Source: Spirochaetia bacterium (lineage in GTDB: Bacteria > Spirochaetota > Spirochaetia > SZUA-6 > Bin103). Taken from it: DNA of 64,000 nt. The position numbers and the translations under genes were made by a program. The notes under the pieces are model-generated. The model was not told the DNA's origin, made no database searches, and saw nothing but the letters and a program-made list of their open reading frames with translations. Positions 56,600-64,000 of this stretch are shown here, piece after piece; the stretch's first letter is position 1, and each line of letters begins with the position of its first letter. Location: assembly GCA_965203905.1 (NCBI GenBank), contig CBDBDQ010000005.1, positions 800,001-864,000 of the forward strand, given 5' to 3'.

Positions 56600-57718
56600 T
56601 TGCGTATCGCGTCCCTCGAAGCCATCAAGATTAGAGGTTTCCGGTCCCTGTCCGATGTCGAGATAGTGGATCTGCCACGTGCCGCCGTGCTTATAGGTGC
56701 AAACGGCTCGGGCAAGTCCAACCTGATCCGTTTCTTCGAGATGATGAGCTGGATGCTGAGGGCTCGCCGCTTGGCTCAGTTCATCACACTTCATGGTGGA
56801 GCCGACGACCAGTTGTTTCGCGGCAGCAACGTGACCCCACGCATGGAAGCAGCGCTGATCATGCGCACCGACGCAGGCCGAAACGACTATCGATTCGCCC
56901 TTGAACACGCTCAACCGGACAGGTTCATGTTCGTCGATGAGGCGTTTCGCTTCAGCACTGAAACAATCGATGCGGAGCGGGAGTGGTTTCTCCTCGGCGG
57001 CGGCCATACGGAAGCCGAGATACTGGAAACCGCCCAGGCCGGCGACCCCGGAAGTAAGACGGCGCGAGTCATCGTCGCGCTACTGCGGAGCTGCGCGGTC
57101 TACCAGTTTCACGACACCTCCAATGAGTCGCGCTTCAAGAAGAGGTGGGACTCAAGCGACAACGCGCAACTACGTTCGCACGGGGGGAATCTGGCTGCCG
57201 TCCTGCTCCGCCTGGAGCGGGAGGACATACGACGCTTCGAGTTGATCTGCTATCACATCAGTCGGATCCTTCCCGTCTTTGACCGCTTCGAAGTCGAGGA
57301 GATCAACGGCACCGTACTGCTGAGATGGAAGGCCAAAGGCACCGACAAGACGTTTGGACCGCATCTCACGTCGGACGGGTCACTACGCCTCTTCGCTCTC
57401 GTGACGCTGCTAAACCTTCCCTCTGACATGCTTCCCGGCGTGGTGCTGTTGGACGAACCGGAACTTGGCCTGCATCCGGCCGGGATCGGGCTGATAGCCG
57501 GCATGATAAAACAGCGCTCCAAGGAACGGCAAATCATCGTTGCCACGCAGTCACCACGGTTCGTGGATTCCTTCGACCTGCATGAGATCGTGGTATTGGA
57601 ACTCCGTGATGGACGGACGGAGTGTCGCAGGCTCGAAGCACACGAATATCAGCGCTGGATTGCCGAATTCTCTCCGGGCCAGCTCTGGGAGAAGAACCTG
57701 CTCGGCGGCCGACCATGA
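56600..57718 (+). CDS. ABC-type AAA ATPase (AAA_21-like)
   Basis: GAGGA RBS, TTG start; GANGSGKSN, SDGSLR, LLDEPELGLHP, ATQS. Confidence 0.88.
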   Translation: MRIASLEAIKIRGFRSLSDVEIVDLPRAAVLIGANGSGKSNLIRFFEMMSWMLRARRLAQFITLHGGADDQLFRGSNVTPRMEAALIMRTDAGRNDYRFALEHAQPDRFMFVDEAFRFSTETIDAEREWFLLGGGHTEAEILETAQAGDPGSKTARVIVALLRSCAVYQFHDTSNESRFKKRWDSSDNAQLRSHGGNLAAVLLRLEREDIRRFELICYHISRILPVFDRFEVEEINGTVLLRWKAKGTDKTFGPHLTSDGSLRLFALVTLLNLPSDMLPGVVLLDEPELGLHPAGIGLIAGMIKQRSKERQIIVATQSPRFVDSFDLHEIVVLELRDGRTECRRLEAHEYQRWIAEFSPGQLWEKNLLGGRP

Positions 57719-58017
57719 TTCGCCTGGCGGTCGCCGTGGAAGGGGAAACCGAAGAGGAGTTCGTGAAGAGCGTCCTCGCTCCGCATCTACGGACGCGTGC
57801 GGTGGAGGTGACGCCACACTTGATCGACATAAATGACAACAAAGAAACGCATCCGAGCAAGCGAATCCAAGACTTGATGCCGAGCTACCAAAAGCGAGTC
57901 GATGGTCCCTTTCTCGCCGGCAGCATCGGATTGACCAAGATTCGTGCAGAACGCCCGCGGTTTGGCGGGTGGATTACGCGGCTGGAGCGGCTGGAGAAAC
58001 AGCAGTCTGCGCAGTGA
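57715..58017 (+). pseudogene. DUF4276-like protein with a large in-frame internal deletion
   Basis: N-terminus VEGETEEEFVKSVLAPHL fused directly to C-terminus IND..ETHPSKRI…YQKRVDG…IGL..IR..PRF..W; only 100 aa. Confidence 0.72.
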
Positions 58018-58029
58018 CCTGCGGAGACG

Positions 58030-58200
58030 GCAGAGGTGTTCGTCCGCGTTCACGTGGTGGGCTGGCGCGCGAGACGATGCGCGCTGACAGCGTTCGCGCC
58101 TTTGATGCGGCGTTGCGTGACCTGGTAGAGCCCTGGGTTGACGACGGGCACCTCACACTCTTCACCGAGGGGCGGGTAACCTGGGGCGCGCCACTCGGCT
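58030..58200 (+). pseudogene. Orphan 3' gene remnant, possibly a class I SAM methyltransferase C-terminus
   Basis: SRGGLARETM…AFDAALRDLVEPWVDDGHLTLFTEGRVTWGAP resembles such C-termini; no N-terminus. Confidence 0.4.
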
Positions 58201-58273
58201 CGATGCATCGCATTCGTGGCTGCGCACGCCGGGCGGCGGCATCGGTATAGTGCCATCACCAAGGAGTAACCGC

Positions 58274-59632
58274 ATGAAGCCCAACATTCTTCTGCTGATG
58301 ACCGACCAGCAGCGCGCCGATGCGCTCGGCTGCGTGACGCCGTGGATGGTTACCCCGCACATGGACCGCATCGCCGCGGAAGGCGTGCGCTTCAGCCGCT
58401 GCGTGACCAACTCACCGGTGTGCATTCCCACCCGCCGGTCGATGGCGACCGGCCACTACCCGCACAACACCGGCATCTGGCGCAACCAGGAGACTACGCT
58501 CGACCCGGAGGCGCCGAACTGGATGCGAGCCGTGCGCGAGGCGGGTTACCGCACCAGCCTGTTCGGCAAGACCCACCTCAATCACGCCGGCGACGACCTG
58601 AGGGAGCGGGCGCACCTGCTCACCGCGCAGGGGATCGACGACGTCTACGAGACGGTGGGGCCGCGGCAGTCGGCCAGGACGCTGTCGCACATGACCGCGG
58701 AGTGGGAATCGCTGGGCATCTGGGACGCCTACCAGCGCGACGTCGCGGAGCGCTTTGCCACCAAGCCACACCTGGTGCGGCCCTCCTCGCTGGGCTTCGA
58801 GCACTTCTACGACACCCACGTGGGCCAGAAGGCGAAGGCCTACCTGGAGGCGTACGACCGCGACCAGCCCTGGTTCTGCTGGGTCAGCTTCGGCGGCCCG
58901 CACGAGCCCTGGGATACGCCCGAACCCTGGTTCTCCCACTACGATTCCGAACGCATGCCACCCGCCTTGAGCGGCGATCTGCGTGGCCGCGAGCGGCCGG
59001 AGGGCCACCTCGACGCCCTCCTGGCCCGAAGGCCCGCCCTGACGCCGGCCGACGTGGCCGCGCTGCGCGCCAACTACGCGGGCAACGTGTCACTGATCGA
59101 CGACCAGGTCGGGCAGCTTTTCGCGGTGATCGAGCAGCGCGGCGAGTGGCAGAACACCGTGGTGGTGCTGTGCTCGGACCACGGCGAGATGAACGGAGAT
59201 CACGGCCTGATCTACAAGAGCAACTTCCTGGACAGCGCGGTGCGGGTGCCGCTGCTGGTCAAGGGGCCGGGGGTGGCCCGCGGCGTCTGTGAGGGGCCGG
59301 TGGAGTGGTTCGACGTGGGGCCGACGCTGGCGGAATTCGCCGGCACTGCGCTCGACTTCGAGCAGTTCGCGGTCTCATTGATGCCGTCGCTGCGTGACCC
59401 CGCGGTAGCGACCAGGAGCGATGCGCTGTCGGAGATCCACGGCGAAGTGATGGTGATGGATACGCGCTGGAAGTGCGCGCTGAACGCCGAGGGCAGGGCG
59501 TACCTGCTGTTCGACCTGGAGCACGATCCCGACGAGTCCACCAACCTGGCCGGCATGCCGGAGTACCGTGAGGTGGAGGAGCGCCTGAGGCTGCGCATCC
59601 TGGAGCGGCTGATGGCGGCCCAGTTCAAGTGA
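58274..59632 (+). CDS. Sulfatase (choline-sulfatase-like)
   Basis: AAGGAG RBS; PNILLLMTDQQR, CIPTRRSMATG, GKTH, PHEP, SDHGEM. Confidence 0.92.
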   Translation: MKPNILLLMTDQQRADALGCVTPWMVTPHMDRIAAEGVRFSRCVTNSPVCIPTRRSMATGHYPHNTGIWRNQETTLDPEAPNWMRAVREAGYRTSLFGKTHLNHAGDDLRERAHLLTAQGIDDVYETVGPRQSARTLSHMTAEWESLGIWDAYQRDVAERFATKPHLVRPSSLGFEHFYDTHVGQKAKAYLEAYDRDQPWFCWVSFGGPHEPWDTPEPWFSHYDSERMPPALSGDLRGRERPEGHLDALLARRPALTPADVAALRANYAGNVSLIDDQVGQLFAVIEQRGEWQNTVVVLCSDHGEMNGDHGLIYKSNFLDSAVRVPLLVKGPGVARGVCEGPVEWFDVGPTLAEFAGTALDFEQFAVSLMPSLRDPAVATRSDALSEIHGEVMVMDTRWKCALNAEGRAYLLFDLEHDPDESTNLAGMPEYREVEERLRLRILERLMAAQFK

Positions 59633-59636
59633 CGGG

Positions 59637-59742
59637 TCACTTGTAGGGGTCGTCGGCGTCGCGCAGGCCGTCGCCGACGAAGTTGTACGCCAGCACCGTG
59701 ACCACCACGAACACGGCGGGGATGATCAGCCAAGGGAACGCG
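59637..59742 (-). pseudogene. Orphan 3' end of a DppC-family permease
   Basis: AFPWLIIPAVFVVVTVLAYNFVGDGLRDADDPYK*, abutting the DUF262 stop codon. Confidence 0.88.
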
Positions 59743-61455
59743 TTACGGTAGCGCTACCTCCGTGGGCGGGATCGACTCGGCGTCCGCGCTGTCGTCATCC
59801 GACGTGTCACTGTCGGCAACGGTCGCCGCAGTCTCTTCCACCGGCACGCTCACGTTTCGTTCCTGCATGAATCTACGCTCACCTGCTATCAAGAATTCGC
59901 GCCGCGATCTGAGTAGACTTGTGCGGTCTCCGTTGCGTAACAACTCGCTGCAGTCGATTGGGAACCCATGGGTGGGCAGCAGCCTTGCGAGAAGGTCGTC
60001 GTCCAGCCCCTCAAGGTGGTTGAATACCTGTCCGTGAAGCTCCTCGTCCACGAACATACGATTCGCGGGGCTGGAGACCAACTCGCGAGGACTCGGATTG
60101 GACCACAGGTACCCGATTGCGGTGGTCCCCAATCGCGACAGCAGTGCACCCGGTTTCAGTTCTCGTGTGCCGCCCGCGAGCGCACGGGGCCCAAGCGATG
60201 CCAAGTATAGCAAGAAGGCGCGCACGCGGGCGCTACGAGCATCGAAGCGCTTGGGGAATCCCTGCGCCGGCGCTTCCAGATCGACCACGCTCATCTGGCT
60301 ATTCGAGTCATGAGCGAGTCTGCGGATCTCCTCCAGCGCGTCCCTGGCCTGCGACGAGTTTACGCCGCCGAACCAGCCAGTGAACGACGTCACCCAGAAC
60401 CAGCGCTTCAATACGCCGACCGCACGATCGTCCGGCTTCGAGCAAAGTCGATAGAACTCCCCAAGCAGGACGATCTGCAGACCATACGGAAGCAACCGGT
60501 CGGAAGTGACGCCGAGACAAGCGAGAAGGTCCAAGGCACGTAGGATGCCCTGTTTTGCCGCGGCGAACGCATCCGGAAGCGCGCGGCGGACCTCCTGCTT
60601 GACCATGAGGTCGGCCCAATCCTTGGCGTAGATGTCGCGGTCGAGTGCCGCGAGCACGGACCTGAGGAGCAAGACGCGATCCAGATTCCCGAATCCCTTC
60701 TTCCGGAGTTCCGCTTTGAACTCGTTCAGCATGCGAGCAAGATCAAACTCACCCTCGTCGTACGTGAGGGCAGATACAAGTTCATCAGCAGCCATTTTAC
60801 GCCCCGTGCGGTTCAGCCGAGCGAAGACCGTAACGGCGCTTTCCAGGTCGGCGTCGCGGATACTGATCAGTGGAAGCTGATAGTCGCGAAAGGCGCTCGA
60901 CAGACGGTCTGCCTCGGCAAGCCGACGCTTCGCCTGATTCCCGTCGTCCAGGTCTGCAATGCGGCGGCATGCCTCGAAGAATCCGGACGTGGTGAGCAAG
61001 TGCCGCACGGGAAAGTACCGTGGTGGCTGGTCTGCTGCCGCATCTCGCCGCGTAACGAACTCCTGATCGTCGAGATCGTAATGTACACGCCACTCGATCT
61101 GATCCACGTTTGGTTCTCCATCGTCGGTCAGCCGCAGCGTTCCGACCAGGGTGGACACGCGCTGCTGGCCGTCGAGCAGGTATCCGACCGCGCCACCAGG
61201 GCGGGGACCGATCTCTACCGGCCCGATGCGATCGTTCGAGTCGATGATTCGTTCGGTCTCCCATACCAGGATCGAGCCGATGGGAAAGCCGCGCAGGACG
61301 CTGTCGAGCAATGCGGTCAGATCAGGTTGCTTCCATACGAAGGCCCGCTGAAACCTCGGAACCCGGATCTTTCCGGCCGCGACGCGATCGACGAGCCTGC
61401 CGAGGAACACGACCTCGGGCCTGACTTCGGTACGCTTTTGTCGCCCATCCGCCAT
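59743..61455 (-). CDS. DUF262 (GmrS/ParB-like) domain protein
   Basis: PRFQRAFVW, GFPIGSILVW, LLDGQQR, VFARLNRTG. Confidence 0.88.
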   Translation of the reverse strand: MADGRQKRTEVRPEVVFLGRLVDRVAAGKIRVPRFQRAFVWKQPDLTALLDSVLRGFPIGSILVWETERIIDSNDRIGPVEIGPRPGGAVGYLLDGQQRVSTLVGTLRLTDDGEPNVDQIEWRVHYDLDDQEFVTRRDAAADQPPRYFPVRHLLTTSGFFEACRRIADLDDGNQAKRRLAEADRLSSAFRDYQLPLISIRDADLESAVTVFARLNRTGRKMAADELVSALTYDEGEFDLARMLNEFKAELRKKGFGNLDRVLLLRSVLAALDRDIYAKDWADLMVKQEVRRALPDAFAAAKQGILRALDLLACLGVTSDRLLPYGLQIVLLGEFYRLCSKPDDRAVGVLKRWFWVTSFTGWFGGVNSSQARDALEEIRRLAHDSNSQMSVVDLEAPAQGFPKRFDARSARVRAFLLYLASLGPRALAGGTRELKPGALLSRLGTTAIGYLWSNPSPRELVSSPANRMFVDEELHGQVFNHLEGLDDDLLARLLPTHGFPIDCSELLRNGDRTSLLRSRREFLIAGERRFMQERNVSVPVEETAATVADSDTSDDDSADAESIPPTEVALP

Positions 61456-61459
61456 GCCG

Positions 61460-62419
61460 TTACACTGCCTCTCGGATCAGCTTGATCCCATGTTCGAGGT
61501 CGCCTTGCCCGCGGAGCCGCAGGTCGTCGGCTGCCACGACATCCTGGATCGTCCAGCACGTGTGCACGTTCGGGCCAAAGCCACTGGCGAGGATTGCCCG
61601 ATCATCGTTCGGCAGGCTGGCGAACAGGGCCCGCTCCGACGCGGAAGGACTCTCCGACAGGCCGTTGTTCATATCGAGGTGATTCTTCTGATCGTCGCTG
61701 AGTCGGTCCCAAGTTGCAACGCGCTGGCGATGGTCGGCGCCAGTGTTCGGACGCGCGTCGAGGAGACTTCTCGTCAGGTAGTTTTCCGCCTCCCGCTTCG
61801 CGAGCACCCAGCACGGTAGTCCATTATTCCTGCATGCGCGACGAAGCGCGCGAGCCTCTCTGCTCTCTTGGTCGTTCGTCCCCTTCCGGTCGCTGTCGAT
61901 TACGGCAACCAGCCTGGCAGGCCGCGGTCTACGTGTCCTGTTCAGTACCTCCTGCGCCATCTGGCCCTTCCCGCCCACGCTGTCGAATCGAATCGGTTCT
62001 GTCGGTCGGTTCCAGAGGCAACTCAACGGCTCGTCTAACTCCATCACGACCCGCCTCAGGAATGCACCGTCACTTTCCCGGTTCTCCACCAGGATTGTGA
62101 GTGGTTCCTGGGCCAGACGGAGAGCCTGCGCGGCGACCAATTCGTCGGGTGCTTGCGGAGCCGCTGTCACCCGTAGGCGACGCCCGTGTGGCGCCAAGTT
62201 CCATGCCCCTAGTTTGGTCGAAGCGACGAGCAGATCCTCTATCTTGACCCCCTGTCTACCAGGGTCGTTGAGCCACGTCGATTTCCTGATCGCTTCGATA
62301 TCCCGGAAATCTGTCAGATCCCACACGTGCCAGCCGTCATCAATCCTGTCGAGCATGCGGTCCAGACTCCGGTGAGCATCCGGGTCGTTGGCCGCGCTGC
62401 CGTCTATCGCTATGCGCAC
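61460..62419 (-). CDS. Hypothetical protein with TOPRIM-like acidic motifs
   Basis: ILVENRESDGAFL, VGGKG, VIDSDR, LAKREAENYL; AGG/GAAGG RBS before GTG. Confidence 0.7.
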   Translation of the reverse strand: MRIAIDGSAANDPDAHRSLDRMLDRIDDGWHVWDLTDFRDIEAIRKSTWLNDPGRQGVKIEDLLVASTKLGAWNLAPHGRRLRVTAAPQAPDELVAAQALRLAQEPLTILVENRESDGAFLRRVVMELDEPLSCLWNRPTEPIRFDSVGGKGQMAQEVLNRTRRPRPARLVAVIDSDRKGTNDQESREARALRRACRNNGLPCWVLAKREAENYLTRSLLDARPNTGADHRQRVATWDRLSDDQKNHLDMNNGLSESPSASERALFASLPNDDRAILASGFGPNVHTCWTIQDVVAADDLRLRGQGDLEHGIKLIREAV

Positions 62420-62426
62420 CGCCCTT

Positions 62427-63656
62427 CTATCCTTTCGCCCTCGCCGCGCGACGGATAGCCAGGATCTCCTCGTAGTCCTCGATGAAGACGCCGTGCGGCC
62501 ACTTCTCCATCTCGCCGTCTTCCCGGATGGCGATTTTCTCCACCAGGGAGCCGCGTGCATGCTCTGCGTGAATCCAGTACACCAAGACGTGCCCGGCCGG
62601 TATCCGCCCCTCCGCGATCCAGCGTCGCGTGCGGAGCAATAGCATTTCCGAGTGCGTCTCGACCACCAGCGGCCGTCTGGGGCCTGCGAGGTTGTTCAGC
62701 AAGAGTTCCGCTACGTGTGCGTGGGCGGCTGGATGGAGTTCGGCCTCCGGGTGCTCAATGACGTCAGCGCCCGGTCCAGCCCGTCGCGCCGACAGCGCGG
62801 TGACGGCGACCGGCAGCACGTGCGAGAGTCCACGGCCAGACTGCGACAGTTTCACATCGCCGTCCCGAACTGGCGTTCCGGTTATCAATTCGCGATACCG
62901 TCCCTGCGCCGCGATGTCGATGCGTACACCAAAGGTGGTGCCGTACCAATCGCGGACCGCCTCGCGCAGGGCAGCATCAGCAGCCATAACCAACGGGGCG
63001 TCGCCTCCATCAGGTCCGATGGCCCTGGGCGCGACCTCCGGCTCCAGGAACGGGGACGTACCGAGTAGCCGCGGACACTGCAGGTGGCGAACCCCTGTTG
63101 CCCACTGCCTGAAGTTGTTGACGTGAGGGCGAACCCATGGCGCCAGCGCTTCCGGATCCCGGGGCAGCAGCCCACGCCAGTCGAGTGACTCATGTTGCGG
63201 CTCCTCTCCCTTGGCGGTGACCCGGTACATCGCGCCGGTGTCGAAACCTTGTCGCTCCGCGACGACCTCGCAGCCGTTGTGGTTCAGCCGCCATTTGAAC
63301 AGCAGCCGTTCGGATCGCGCCGCTTCAACCACGTTCCTCACCGCTACGTCAAGCGAGGAATCGCCCGCCTCGTCTGCCAGTGTGATCGACATCTGAAGTA
63401 GGCCGTGAACGGCGCGGCCGGTCACCAAATCCTCAAAGCTTTCCCCATGTGTTACCCCGCCAGATTGCAGCGGCAGCGGTTCACCCGCAGCGTCATCCGG
63501 AGCTGTGAACCCGCCGGCCAGCAGTTGGAGGGCCTGCGCCAGTGCCGTCTTGCCGGCGTTGTTCGGACCCACCAGGATCGTCAGGGGTGCCACCTCCACC
63601 TCGGCTTGTTCGGCGTAGCTCTTGTAGCTCGTCAGACTGAACTTCCGTAGTTCCAT
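62427..63656 (-). CDS. ABC-type AAA ATPase with DUF3696-like C-terminus
   Basis: AGGAG RBS; GPNNAGKT, QSGRGLSH, IEHPEAELHP, ETHSE, C-terminal WPHGVF. Confidence 0.88.
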   Translation of the reverse strand: MELRKFSLTSYKSYAEQAEVEVAPLTILVGPNNAGKTALAQALQLLAGGFTAPDDAAGEPLPLQSGGVTHGESFEDLVTGRAVHGLLQMSITLADEAGDSSLDVAVRNVVEAARSERLLFKWRLNHNGCEVVAERQGFDTGAMYRVTAKGEEPQHESLDWRGLLPRDPEALAPWVRPHVNNFRQWATGVRHLQCPRLLGTSPFLEPEVAPRAIGPDGGDAPLVMAADAALREAVRDWYGTTFGVRIDIAAQGRYRELITGTPVRDGDVKLSQSGRGLSHVLPVAVTALSARRAGPGADVIEHPEAELHPAAHAHVAELLLNNLAGPRRPLVVETHSEMLLLRTRRWIAEGRIPAGHVLVYWIHAEHARGSLVEKIAIREDGEMEKWPHGVFIEDYEEILAIRRAARAKG

Positions 63657-64000
63657 GCTGCTCCTACCGCGTCGTCGGTACGTGGCGCCACGCGTCGCTG
63701 TGTCGCCCCAAGCAACTACCGCGCTACGACGACGTTCCAGGTACCGGATGGACATCATCAGCATCTTACCGTAGAGGGCCGGTTCAGGCGCATCTGGAGC
63801 CGCCTCTCCGGCGACCCGGTCCACGTCGGCGCGCATCGCCGGCAGTTCGTCGTCACCGAGGCGGCCAGCCAGCCGTTGTCCAGAGACGTCACCCTTCAGC
63901 TCGGAAGGATGCGCCATGGAAGTGGTTATACCTACCCCCGGGAAGCCGCCAAACCAACCTGCTCAGCCTGCTTGACCGCGTACCGGCTCCACTTTAGGCT

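Noticed and set aside
63657-63917. N-terminal extension of the DUF3696 ATPase
   Set aside because: Strong AGGAG RBS before ATG 63656 and a typical ATPase start; the upstream stretch is unassigned, possibly another remnant
1-64000. tRNA (including selC), rRNA, IS elements, known riboswitches
   Set aside because: No recognisable cloverleaf, rRNA, transposase or riboswitch consensus by inspection; tRNAscan/Infernal would be needed to exclude them

Overview
High-GC bacterial window dominated by nutrient-uptake and catabolic genes. It holds three DppBCDF-type ABC loci, five family-5 solute-binding proteins (SBPs), one carbohydrate ABC locus and a ProVWX-type betaine transporter. Enzymes include two sulfatases, three PhyH-type dioxygenases plus one related oxygenase, putative glycoside hydrolases/sialidase, hydantoinase A/B and two Gfo/Idh/MocA oxidoreductases. 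Small toxin-antitoxin/defence modules and eroded gene fragments are scattered between them. The Cys-less SBP signal peptides (…AGDEE, …AGAESE, …ATGETE) suggest a spirochaete, and the gene mix resembles host-associated (e.g. sponge) symbionts; this is inference only. Highlights: (1) a DUF3179 gene split by an in-frame UGA in a W-U-P-L-C motif, followed by a SECIS-like hairpin (probable selenoprotein); (2) a three-gene ABC-ATPase(DUF3696)/TOPRIM-like/DUF262 candidate defence operon; (3) a precise 2245-bp tandem duplication of a promoter+SBP unit with clustered amino-acid divergence; (4) repeated scars in which diverged, internally deleted copies of neighbouring genes flank TA/defence cargo; (5) an uncalled TRASH-like Cys-rich protein coupled to hydantoinase B. 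No rRNA, tRNA, CRISPR array, transposase or integrase was recognised. Family assignments come from motif recognition, not database searches.
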